The notes beneath the pieces were generated by a model that did not search any database, was not told where the DNA came from, and was given only the letters and a program-made list of their open reading frames with translations. From Eledone cirrhosa (taxonomy: Eukaryota), in contig OZ024745.1 of NCBI GenBank assembly GCA_964016885.1, forward strand, positions 119,970,001 through 120,034,000: 64,000 bases of DNA, in the 5' to 3' direction. Positions 1 to 10,291 of the stretch are shown here, one piece after another. Position numbers and translations under genes: made by a program. How positions within the stretch are numbered: position 1 is the first letter of the stretch; every line of letters starts with the position of its first letter.

Positions 1-131
1 CATTGTTAGACGCCTGGAAGTTGTTGGCAGTGCGTTCTGTTATTAATTCTGGCAATATTACGCAAATATGACCCTCCCCAAATATAACAATATCTGTTTC
101 GACACACGATTTCATATAAAAAACCTCGCAA

Positions 132-187
<56 letters not shown>

Positions 188-339
188 ATTATTTTTTTAA
201 TATTTTATCTTGACTCTGTATTCCGTTTATCTTTCACCGAAAGTGATTTTTGAATGCATCTCTTCTTTCCATGATATCCGGATTACATTGAGTTCTTCAT
301 ACGGATTGGACACTACCGTAAACTTTTGGTAGATTTATC

Positions 340-393
<54 letters not shown>

Positions 394-1560
394 TACGTAT
401 AATTACACCAGACAAATTAATATTGATTTGGCGTGTATTGTCACAATTTCTGAGTTCAGGATTGAAATATATTCAAAGTTATCTACGTAATTTACACGAT
501 TTTGCAATTTAAAAGCAGCCTTCTGCTACACTTTGATTGACTGGGGCTTGTACGTCTGTTTCTTCCTGTTCCGGTTTATGATACACTGGTAGAATGCAGA
601 CAGTATTAGGCTTCTTATTGCAACTGCTTGCTTAAGAGGGAAGTGCATATGAATCATGTGAATTTTCAGTTAATTATTTGAAAGCCAGTGTCGAATGATA
701 ATAGACTAGCTTATATAAAGAGCTAAAATAAGAAATTACTTTTGTATATCTTGAGCAGAATTAAGTACGTTGGTTATTCATTATATTGTTTTAGTGCTAA
801 TCTTTTCCATCACACGATTCTCATTGTGTTCCTTCGCAGAACCTTAATAGTAAAAATAAGTTATAAAAGAATATAATACATCTCGAGTCGTATATTTTAA
901 ATATATCAGCAGGACTTTCTTTGGCGAAAAGTGGCTACATGGTTCGTTGTATCAATGAATTAAGGATTTCGTGTAATAGAAACCAATAGATACCAGTGCA
1001 GGTAAAACTTCTAATTGTCGACAGAAAAGCTCATTCCTCGTATGCCAACATTATGATTATGTATGTGCTTGGGGAATGGTGATCTTCATAATAATCTATA
1101 GCTAATACAGAGTAACAACTATTACAGTCAGTGAGTTGTTTAAGAACGCAACAACATACAAGCTCAGAATGCGAATTTCATTAATCTTGCTGTAGCTTTA
1201 AAAATAATTCAAAATATTTAGAAAATAAGATAAAATTATATACAATAAAGAAAGGCAAAAAGGTCATATTTTGATGTCAATCTTGAATATAAAATCCTTC
1301 TATGTATTTGTTGCGAACATATGTGATTTCCTGATTATCATTTTAGTAACCGTAATAATAGAATTATTGGAATAATTATGTCCAATGATAGAAACATATT
1401 TGGTCAAATAGTTACATTTTTTAATATATAAATCTTTTAGTCTGAGTCAATATTAGAGCGAACAATATATGTAACAGGTTTTGCCTCCTTAGTTGAATCT
1501 AGATCGATCTTCAATCCTCAGCTGAAGGGATGCCGGTTTGTCATCTTTCACTTCAGCTGA

Positions 1561-2113
1561 ATGCTTACTGACTTGTGGAGTTATCTCGAACAGCAGTTGT
1601 CGCGTGTAGAATGGATCCGACTATCGGCCAAGTCCATAGTGAAAATTGACCCGCCGCCTTCTTTTGCCAAGGAAGGACAGGCAATTTTCCTCTGCCTTGT
1701 GGCAATAGCAAAAGAGGTTGTCTGGCGGACTAGGTTGAAAGGACTGAAAACAGACACTTTTCATCAACTTTTAAAATTTCACTTAGAAAGGAAAGTGAAG
1801 GTGAGTCCTGTCCCCCAGTACATTTGCTAAAGGGTGTCTAAATGTGGCGAACATCACCCGTGTCAATGAGTCTTCTCAGAGAATGCAGCTCTAGGTTGGT
1901 TAATTTGAGGAGGAGAGGGGTGCCCTCGAAGTGGAGTACCTGAGTTGACTCTGGGTGGTTATTGGGGAGCTTTCATCGTTGTATTTTTCTTATTTTGGTA
2001 TTATTATTTATTTATTATTATTTATATAATTTACACGTTGTATATGTAAATCCCCACAGTCGCTGTCTATTGTATTGTTCCCTATATGTCGACCATTGTG
2101 GCTAATAAATGAA
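1561..2113 (+). mobile_element. Tx1-family 3' fragment (decayed)
   Basis: ORF 1561-1830 matches the ORF2 C-terminus (DLWSYLEQ...FHLERKV). The 3'UTR matches 9810-10056. Confidence 0.9.
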
Positions 2114-2155
2114 ACACGATAGGGCGTCAGACAATATGCTTTGCAGCATAGAGTT

Positions 2156-2376
2156 TTGGCAGTACCGGTAGAGAGTCAGACACCATGTTTTGCAGCAAAG
2201 AGTTACGGCCTTTATGGCCTGACTTCAAATCCCGCAGAGGTTTACTTTGCTTTTCATCCTACGGGGTCGATAAAATAAAGTACCAGTAATACACTGATTT
2301 AATTGCTGGCCTTGTGCCAAAAGTAGAAACAATTATTATTATTATAATTATTATTATTATTATTATTATTATTATT
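2156..2376 (+). mobile_element. tRNA-derived SINE (family A) with long (ATT)n tail; partial SINE piece at 2117-2155
   Basis: A-box-like TGGCAGTACCGG, B-box-like GACTTCAAATCC, central TTTCATCCT..GGGGTCGATAAAATAAAGTACCAG, and 3' GGCCTTGTGCCAAAAGTAGAAAC. Confidence 0.88.
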
Positions 2377-4236
2377 GAGTCTGAACGACGTCTTTTTGCT
2401 TGCTCCCGTAAGTTCACTTATTTACCTGCTCGATGGTCAAAATTAATGGCCACCTCTCGGAACCGTTTCAGGTCTCCCGATCGGTCCGTCAAGGGTGCCC
2501 TCCCTCCTCCCTTCTGTACGTATTGACTCTCGAGCCTTTACTGCGGAAGCTGGAGCTGTTGCAGAGCATCCCGCTCGAACCGGGACGCGGAAAGGCTGTG
2601 ACGACATCACCGTGATGGTGTCGGACACTCAGAAATCGAGGTGGTCGGCAACTTATTGGAGGAATACGAAAGGTGACGGGAGAAAAACTTAACCCGGAAA
2701 AGTCAGTAGGCTTGAAACTCGGCACCTGGAGAGGCAAGTCCATGCCGTCCAACAGCGTCGTTAGGCGCTGGACAGACGGACCGGTAAAGTTGCTAGGGGT
2801 TTGGTTCGGGCCAGACCTCCAGGTGGATAAGAATTGGGACGAGGTGACGGGCAGGGTAGTGAGTCTCACCCAGAAATGGGTTGGGATGAAACTATCACTG
2901 AAAGGTCGGGCGGAGGTGGCGAACGCGTACATCGCGTCCGTCATCTACTACCGTCTGACTGTCGTCCCTTGCCCCGTTCGCGCCTCCCCATCTTGGAGAG
3001 GCTCCTCTTCAAATTCTTGTGGAGGGGTCAGGTTCCGCTGGTGAGGCGGTCCATCTGCTGCCAGCACCCTCTACGTGGAGGGCTGGGCATGCAGTGGCTA
3101 ATGATTCGCAGGCACGCGCTGGGACTGCGGCATCTCCAGATATTCTGCCTAAACGGTGAACAGGTGTGGTCGCCGTTTGTCAGACGGGCCTTTCCGCAGC
3201 TCGTTTCTTTGACTGAGTTGCAGTCCTGGGTCAAGAAGAGACCGAGACTGGGTGACTGGCATCTGGAATGTTGCCAGGCACTCACTGCCCTCTACCAGGC
3301 GGGCAATGCGGTCAGTGGAACTTCCACTCTCGAGTTCTATAAAGGATTAGTGGTGGGCAAGTGCGACGACGCACTCGGAGAGGCTCTGGGAGTCAACGAA
3401 ATAGAACTAATCAGTCTGTACCGGAGGACTTTCGAGCCGGGGACGATGGATAATTTCCCAAAATCCCTCGCTTGGCAGTGCTACCGGGGGGCACTGCCGC
3501 TTCGAGATAAACTCTACAGGCATGGAAGTGCTGTCAGACGGACCTGCCCGAGATGCGCGCAGAGCGACGAAACCGTTCTGCACGCACTCGTCCAGTGTCC
3601 GTGCATTACTGACTTGTGGAGTTATGTTGAACAGCTGTTGTCGCGTGTAGAACGGATCCGGCTATCGGCCGAGTCCATAGTGAAGATCGACCCGCCGCCT
3701 TCTTTTGGCCAGGAAGGGCAGGCAATTTTCCTATGTCTGGTGGCAGTAGCGAAAGAGGTTGTATGGTGGACAAGGTTGAAAGGACTGAAGACAGACACTT
3801 TTCTCTTCGGCCAATCCCTCATCAACTTTTTCAAGTTTCACTTGGAAAGGAAGGTGAGGGTGGAGAGAGAAGTGTTGTCCCCCAGTACATTTGCTGAAAG
3901 GTGGGTGAATGTGGCGAGAATGGCCCGTGTGAGTGCGCCTACTCTGGTTATGCGGCTGTAGGTAGGTAAATTTGAGGAGGAGGTGTGCCCTTCCAGGGTG
4001 CTCTCAAAGCATCGGGTCGTTCAGGATTGGTGGGGTACCTGAGCGAACCCTGGGTGATCATCCCCCCTATTGGGGTATTTTTTCTTGTTGTAATTTTATT
4101 GGTACTTTGTTATTGTTATTCATATTGTTTACTCGATTTTTTCTGTAAAAACCCACTGTCCCAGTCTTTTGTATTGTCCCCTATATGTCGGCCCTTGTGG
4201 CCAATAAATGAAATCATTATTATTATTATTATTATT
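2377..4236 (+). mobile_element. Tx1-family internally deleted copy with (ATT)n tail
   Basis: 2431-4215 aligns closely to 8261-10058 with frameshifts. 2377-2430 matches the 5' terminus of the copy at 43053-43107 (minus strand). Confidence 0.92.
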
Positions 4237-4447
4237 GACGAAAGTGGATGTACGTTTTTTGAAGCTCCGTGAGTAAGCAATTTTTGAGGATTAATTGTAG
4301 AGAATTGTTTATTTTTTGTACCGCTGAAGCATTATAAGACATTAATTTGTATCCTGTGAAGGAATAACTCATAATATTTGGGCCTTTTGGCCCAAATATT
4401 TGAACTTTATTTTGAAAAAAAAATAATAATTTTTTTCTCAAAAAAAC

Positions 4448-6358
4448 ATGGCGGAGCCACGCCCCCTAGAGGCGGGTCTGCTGTCGTGCAACGGCGACTT
4501 GAGCGTTGAGAGGAGAGGTGAGGCGAGGAGCGCCACCAGCACGAATGTGAGCAGCGACAGTGCCAGCACCAACGGGCCGAGCGGCGCGGAAGGTGGTAAC
4601 AGCGACAACACCAACACCAACAAGCCGAACAGCGCAGAAGGTGGTAATAGCGAGAGCACCAACAAAACGAACAGCACAGAGAGTAATAGTAGCGACAGCA
4701 GCAGCACCAACAAGGCCAACAGCACAGAAGGTAACCACGACACAGGGGAGAACAACAACAGCAATAGCAGCAGCAACACCAACAAGAACAACAACAGTGA
4801 CAACACCAACAAGAACACTTTCGCTGCTGTGGCAGCGGCTAAAAGGAGACCATGCTACAGCATCGACTTAACCAACAGAGAGGAAAAGTTGGCCCAGGCC
4901 TGGAAAATCATAAATCAAGAGCAGACCTGGGCAAACTTAACTGTCCCGGCAGAAGCCATTGAGGCAGTGGAAAAAAGAACGGTGCATTTCAGATGCATCT
5001 CAGTAGAGACAAAGAGGGCAGCGATAATCGCCCAAGCTGACATAGAAGCCGCACTGAAATACATCAGAGAGGACACAGACTTCATAGAGAGGGGCAGGCA
5101 ATACGGCACCGTTTCGGTGCTGTTCAAGTCTGAAGCCCTCGCTGTGAAGCATTCAATGACCCCTTGCAAAACCAGCAAGGTCATAATGTACCCCTCCCAC
5201 ATGGGAAAACGAATAGCACGTGTGCGCATTCCCAGGATTCCACCAGGACTTGATATGTGGTGGCTCCTGGGTTGCGTAATCGTGGAAGGAACGGATACAG
5301 TCCCGGTAGAGGCAACGAGAACTGCCAGGGACGACTGGTCCGGGGTTGATCTGGAGATACTGCTCCAAATCAGACCCGAAAACGTGAAAGCAATCCCGGA
5401 CCACATCCGCCTCCAAAACGGGAGGGTGTTGCATATAATGACTGAGGGCAAAAGGCCGCATTGTTTCCTTTGTGGGGAAACGACACACTTGCGAGCCTTC
5501 TGCCCTCAACTGCCGAAAAGCGCAAGGGGTCGAAAGATTCCACTGCTGGCGACGCCGGGACAAGGACCACCAGCAACACCGTCAACAATGGAACCACCAA
5601 AATTGCACACCCAGGGGGGAAACGAGGAAAGCTCTCCCATTCCCCCTCCCCCCAAAAATACACACACGAACAAGAACATAAACACTCACTCAGACACAAA
5701 CACGCTCACAGCCACAGACCCCTCATCCTCCAGCAGTGAAGATGAGGGAAAACCAAAGTCCCCCAAAATACAAAAAACAAAACACAAAAAAAAAAGAAAT
5801 CCACAAAGCACAAACACCCCCACAAAAGAAAATACACACACCACCCACACAAACATTTTCCTCACAGCATCACCAACACAACCACCAAAATCCCCCAAAC
5901 GCAAACAAGCTAAACAGACACAAGAACAAATAGAGACACAAACATCAGAAACTACAGACACCCCACCCACAACAAACGCAGACACAATAGAAACAACACT
6001 AACAAAGCTATCACCACCACAATCACACGAACAAATAAAACCCGAGCAACAAAACATTAAAAACTTCGTGCTTGCCAGAAGGGCCAACAAAGAATTGATG
6101 GCCCATGTAGCACGAAGCACAAACATCGAAAAAGACGGGGAAACATTTGAAGCGAGCACATTTCGCGTACCAGATAATTTGCTTCTGATGCGAATGTCGC
6201 TCGCTTCATACAAAGAATTTCGAAAGAGCTTTCCTCGGGATGTGGGAACCCCGAACGTAAAACCCACGTCAAGACTATTAAAGGGGTTCCCAAAAGAAAC
6301 CCCACAAACCATGGAGGTCGAACCACCCGACCTTCACAAGACCCCGGAAGGTAAGTAA
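4448..6358 (+). CDS. Retrotransposon ORF1 (gag-like nucleic-acid-binding protein)
   Basis: 636 aa ATG-initiated ORF directly upstream of ORF2. S/N/T-rich N-terminus, CX2CX4HX4C zinc knuckle (CFLCGETTHLRAFC), then a P/T/K-rich disordered region. Confidence 0.9.
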   Translation: MAEPRPLEAGLLSCNGDLSVERRGEARSATSTNVSSDSASTNGPSGAEGGNSDNTNTNKPNSAEGGNSESTNKTNSTESNSSDSSSTNKANSTEGNHDTGENNNSNSSSNTNKNNNSDNTNKNTFAAVAAAKRRPCYSIDLTNREEKLAQAWKIINQEQTWANLTVPAEAIEAVEKRTVHFRCISVETKRAAIIAQADIEAALKYIREDTDFIERGRQYGTVSVLFKSEALAVKHSMTPCKTSKVIMYPSHMGKRIARVRIPRIPPGLDMWWLLGCVIVEGTDTVPVEATRTARDDWSGVDLEILLQIRPENVKAIPDHIRLQNGRVLHIMTEGKRPHCFLCGETTHLRAFCPQLPKSARGRKIPLLATPGQGPPATPSTMEPPKLHTQGGNEESSPIPPPPKNTHTNKNINTHSDTNTLTATDPSSSSSEDEGKPKSPKIQKTKHKKKRNPQSTNTPTKENTHTTHTNIFLTASPTQPPKSPKRKQAKQTQEQIETQTSETTDTPPTTNADTIETTLTKLSPPQSHEQIKPEQQNIKNFVLARRANKELMAHVARSTNIEKDGETFEASTFRVPDNLLLMRMSLASYKEFRKSFPRDVGTPNVKPTSRLLKGFPKETPQTMEVEPPDLHKTPEGK

Positions 6359-6387
6359 ACCTTTCCTCTCCCATTCATCCTGCCAGC

Positions 6388-9300
6388 ATGGCCATAAGAG
6401 TAGGAAGTTTAAATGTTCGTGGCCTGGGGTCGCCCTGGAAGCAAGGTCACTTGCTCAACGACCTCAGGTCACTAGGAATGGATGTAATTGCCATCAGCGA
6501 GACCAGAATTTCCGACACACGCGCACTGGCGCCGATTTTCGACGATTATCAGATCTTTGCATCTGTTAGTCGGCCGGGAATGGGAGGTGGAGTGGCTGTG
6601 CTGTTTAGGAAATGTCTGGATCTCGAGGTAAGGTCAATCTTCCGGGATCCTGACGGAAAGTTGGTGGTCCTGGACGTGAGCAATAGCGAAGGTGGTGCCT
6701 TTAGACTGGTGGCCGTCTACGCCCCTACTGGGGCCGGTCGGCCGGACTTCTTTAGGCGCCTGGAAAACTTTCTGCTTACGTCTCGCCCTTTACTGTTAAT
6801 AGGGGATTGGAATGGCATCTTAGAAGCACGCTGGGATTGTGTGGGAGTATCTGATAGGAGCGGGGGGTGCAAAAGCCTCAAGTACCTGATCAGCCAGTTT
6901 CAACTGCCTGACAGGTACCGACTAGATTTCCCTAATGCGCCAGTATGGACCTGGACCAATCGCATAGGGTCATCTAGATCGTACATAGATAGGATTTTCA
7001 TTAGGAAAAGAGATAGAAATAGTGTAGGATGTCCACATTTTAAAACGGTTGCCTATTCAGATCACAAGCTTGTGATCTGTATGGTCGACCTAGATAAGAC
7101 ACGTAGGTTAGGACCTAGCTACTGGAAGCTAAACATGTCGTTTCCGGCACGTAAAGCTTACAGGGACCGGGTCAACAACTTAGTTAAGCAAAAGTTGACA
7201 GGGGGGGTTGTCAACAACAGGTGGTGGGGGGCACTCAAAAGAGAGATTAGAGCAACCTCGATAGGATTTAGCAAAGAAGTAGCAATAGAGAAAAATAGAA
7301 AAGAGGAGGGGCTGATAGCTAAGTTAGACGAGGCTATTTGTAGTGGCATTGCAACAGACGTGCTAGCGGCGAGAATGGCACTAGACCATTTCTTCAATGC
7401 GAAACACGAAGGTTGCATTGTCAGAGCTAAGGCGCGTGCTCTGAGGAACGAGGGAACCAAAGCTGCCCGATGGGCTCGCTTTGCAGAGACGCAGCGTGGA
7501 AATAAAACCACAATTCGGTCTTTGACGGATCGAGATGGACACGAACTGAGCGATTCCAAGCAGATGTGTGAGGCCTTTCGCCAGCACTTTGCTCGATTGT
7601 TCGGGAGGATGGGTGAGTCGGAGATGGCGGCGGACTTCAGTCCCTACCTCGACGGCTTGCCACGCCTCTCGACGGCCGACGCTGAGCGCTGCGAAGAGCC
7701 GATAACATCAGCCGAAATTCAGGACGCCCTTGTCGGCTGCTCGAGTCGCAAGTCACCCGGTTTGGATGGTCTGCCCTACGAGCTTTACGTAAATATGCCA
7801 GACTTGTTCTCCGATCTCCTCGAAGCGCTCTACTGCAACTGGCAGCAGAACGGGAGCATTCCCAGTTCTGTGAGCCGTGGCGTAGTGACGCTGATAAGGA
7901 AAGACGAGAACAAGAGGGACACACTAGATAATTTCAGGCCCATAACCCTGCTCAACACAGAGTTTAAGATTTTGGCCAAGGTGTTAGCGAAAAGGTTGGC
8001 GCTTGTCGTCAAAGATTTGGTTGGGGAGGCGCAAACTTGCGCAATCCCGACCAGGTCCATACACGACAACCTCCACCTCATGCGATACATCATAGAGAGG
8101 GTTGGGTGCAAACCTGGCTTCGGTGGGGCTCTGATCAATTTAGATCAATCGAAAGCATTCGATAGGGTCGACCATCGGTACTTGGAGGCTGTCCTCGAGG
8201 CGGCTGGCTTCGGCCCCGTCTTCAGAAGCTGGATCGCTGCAATGTACAGCGGCATCCGCTCGGTGGTCAAAGTTAATGGCCACCTCTCGGAACCGTTTCA
8301 GATCTCTCGATCGGTCCGTCAAGGGTGCCCTCTCTCCTCACTTCTGTACGTATTGACTCTTGAGCCTCTACTGCGGAAGCTGGAGTTGTTGCAGGGCATC
8401 CCGCTCGAACCGGGACGTAGAAAGGCTGCGTCCGCTTATGCAGACGACATCACCGTGATGGTGTCGGACACCTCGGAAATCGAGGTGATCCGCACCCATT
8501 TGGAGGAATATGAAAGGTTGACGGGAGCAAAACTTAACCCGGAAAAGTCGGTGGGCTTGCAGCTCGGCACCTGGAGAGGCAAGTCCATGCCGTCCAACAG
8601 CGTCGTTGGGCGCTGGACAGACGGACCGGTAAAGTTGCTCGGGGTTTGGTTCGGACCAGACCTCCAGGTGGATAAGAATTGGGACGAGGTGACGAGCAGG
8701 ATAGCCAACCTCACCCAGAAATGGGCTGAGAGAAAGCTATCACTGAAAGGGCGGGCGGAGGTGGCGAACGCGTACATCGCGTCCGTCATCTACTACCGCC
8801 TGACCGTCGTGCCTTGCCCCCGTCCACGCCTCGCCAATTTGGAACGGCTCCTTTTCAAATTTTTGTGGAGGGGACGGGTCCCGTTGGTGAGGCGGTCCAT
8901 CTGCTGCCAGCACCCTCTTCGTGGAGGGCTGGGCATGCCGTGGCTAATGATGCGCAGACATGCGCTGAGGCTGCGACATCTCCAGATATTTTGCCTAAAC
9001 GGTGAACAGGTGTGGTCGCCGTTTGTTAGACGGGCCTTTCCGCAGCTCATCTCTTTGACTGAGCTGCAGTCCTGGGTCAAGAAGAGACCGAGACTGGGCG
9101 ACTGGCATCTGGAATGTTGCCAGGCGCTCACTGCACTCTGCAAGGTGGGCAATGCGGTCAGTGGAACTTCCACTCAAGATTTCTATAGAGGATTAGTGGA
9201 GGGCAAGTGCGATGACGTACTAGGAGAGGCTCTGGGCGTCAACGAAGTAGAACTGACCAGTATGTTCCGGAGGACTTTCGAGCCGGGGACGATGGATAAC

Positions 9301-9807
9301 TTCCAGAAATCCCTCGCTTGGCAGTGCTACCGGGGGGCGCTGCCGGTTCGGGATAAACTCTACAGGCACGGAAGTGCTGTCAGACGAACCTGCCCGAGAT
9401 GCGCGCAGAGCGACGAAACCGTTCTGCACGCACTCGTCCAGTGTCCGTGCATTGCTGACTTGTGGGGTTATGTCGAACAGCTATTGTCGCGTGTAGAACG
9501 GATCCGGCTATCGTCCGAGTCCATAGTGAAGATTGACCCGCCGCCTTCTTTTGGTCAGGAAGGGCAGGCAATTTTCCTCTGCCTGGTGGCAGTAGCGAAA
9601 GAGGTTGCATGGTGGACCAGGTTGAAAGGACTGAAGACAGACACTTTTCTCTTCGGCCAATCCCTCATCAACTTCTTCAAGTTTCACTTGGAAAGGAAGG
9701 TGAGGGTGGAGAGAGAAGTGCTGCCCCCCAGTACATTTACTGAAAGGTGGGTGAATGTGGCGAGAATGGCCCGCGTGAGTGGGCCTACTCTGATCATGCG
9801 CCTGTAG
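6388..9807 (+). CDS. Retrotransposon ORF2: APE endonuclease + reverse transcriptase + C-terminal zinc-binding domain
   Basis: 1139 aa. APE motifs SLNVRGL, ISETR, VYAP, GDWN, IDRIF and SDH. RT motifs SPGLDG, FRPITLLN, LDQSKAFDRVDH, VRQGCPLS and YADD. C-terminal CPRC..ETVLHALVQC, typical of L1/Tx1. Confidence 0.96.
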   Translation: MAIRVGSLNVRGLGSPWKQGHLLNDLRSLGMDVIAISETRISDTRALAPIFDDYQIFASVSRPGMGGGVAVLFRKCLDLEVRSIFRDPDGKLVVLDVSNSEGGAFRLVAVYAPTGAGRPDFFRRLENFLLTSRPLLLIGDWNGILEARWDCVGVSDRSGGCKSLKYLISQFQLPDRYRLDFPNAPVWTWTNRIGSSRSYIDRIFIRKRDRNSVGCPHFKTVAYSDHKLVICMVDLDKTRRLGPSYWKLNMSFPARKAYRDRVNNLVKQKLTGGVVNNRWWGALKREIRATSIGFSKEVAIEKNRKEEGLIAKLDEAICSGIATDVLAARMALDHFFNAKHEGCIVRAKARALRNEGTKAARWARFAETQRGNKTTIRSLTDRDGHELSDSKQMCEAFRQHFARLFGRMGESEMAADFSPYLDGLPRLSTADAERCEEPITSAEIQDALVGCSSRKSPGLDGLPYELYVNMPDLFSDLLEALYCNWQQNGSIPSSVSRGVVTLIRKDENKRDTLDNFRPITLLNTEFKILAKVLAKRLALVVKDLVGEAQTCAIPTRSIHDNLHLMRYIIERVGCKPGFGGALINLDQSKAFDRVDHRYLEAVLEAAGFGPVFRSWIAAMYSGIRSVVKVNGHLSEPFQISRSVRQGCPLSSLLYVLTLEPLLRKLELLQGIPLEPGRRKAASAYADDITVMVSDTSEIEVIRTHLEEYERLTGAKLNPEKSVGLQLGTWRGKSMPSNSVVGRWTDGPVKLLGVWFGPDLQVDKNWDEVTSRIANLTQKWAERKLSLKGRAEVANAYIASVIYYRLTVVPCPRPRLANLERLLFKFLWRGRVPLVRRSICCQHPLRGGLGMPWLMMRRHALRLRHLQIFCLNGEQVWSPFVRRAFPQLISLTELQSWVKKRPRLGDWHLECCQALTALCKVGNAVSGTSTQDFYRGLVEGKCDDVLGEALGVNEVELTSMFRRTFEPGTMDNFQKSLAWQCYRGALPVRDKLYRHGSAVRRTCPRCAQSDETVLHALVQCPCIADLWGYVEQLLSRVERIRLSSESIVKIDPPPSFGQEGQAIFLCLVAVAKEVAWWTRLKGLKTDTFLFGQSLINFFKFHLERKVRVEREVLPPSTFTERWVNVARMARVSGPTLIMRL

Positions 9808-10088
9808 GCTGGTGAATTCGAGAAGGAGAGGGGTGCCCTTCCCGGGTGCCCTAGGAGCGTCGGGTGGCTCAGGACTGGTGGGGTGCTTGAGTCAACCCTG
9901 GGTGGTGATCCCTCTTATTGGGGAACTTTCATTGTTGTATTTTTATTATTTTGTTTTTCTTGTTATTTATACTTACTCGATCTCTATGTAAACCCCCACT
10001 GTCCCTGTCTATTGTGTTGTCCCCTATATGTCGGCCCTTGTGGCCAATAAATGAAATCATTATTATTATTATTATTATTATTATACAA

Positions 10089-10291
10089 GGGCGGTGGATT
10101 GGCAGTATCAGCAGAGGGTCGGACGCCATGCTTTCCAGCATAGTTACGTCCCTTTACGGTCTGAGTTCAAATCCCGCCGAGGTTGACTTTGCCTTTCATC
10201 CTTACGGGGTCGATAAAATAAAGTACCAGTAATGCACTGGGTAAATTTTGGCCTTGTGCCTAAAGTAGAAACAATTATTATTATTATTATT
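10089..10291 (+). mobile_element. SINE family A, full length
   Basis: GGGCGGTGGATTGGCAGTATC head, B box GAGTTCAAATCC, conserved core and (ATT)n tail. The central core resembles my recollection of the MetaSINE domain (not verified). Confidence 0.9.

Larger units (their letters stand above)
4237..10082 (+). mobile_element. Full-length Tx1-type (L1 superfamily) non-LTR retrotransposon, apparently intact
   Basis: 5'UTR about 4237-4447, two long uninterrupted ORFs, a 3'UTR with AATAAA (10046) and an (ATT)n tail at 10059-10082. Preceded by (ATT)7 at 4216-4236. Confidence 0.93.

Noticed and set aside
6351-6386. GTAAGT...CAG mini-intron that might fuse ORF1 to ORF2
   Set aside because: It is 36 nt, so removal preserves frame, while ORF2 is in a different frame. 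The spliced product hits a stop within a few codons.
4438-9610. Antisense and alternate-frame ORFs overlapping ORF1/ORF2
   Set aside because: Shadow ORFs of GC-rich or low-complexity coding sequence, with no motifs.
10089-10180. tRNA gene
   Set aside because: The A/B boxes belong to SINE heads. There is no cloverleaf, and the sequence continues into the SINE body.
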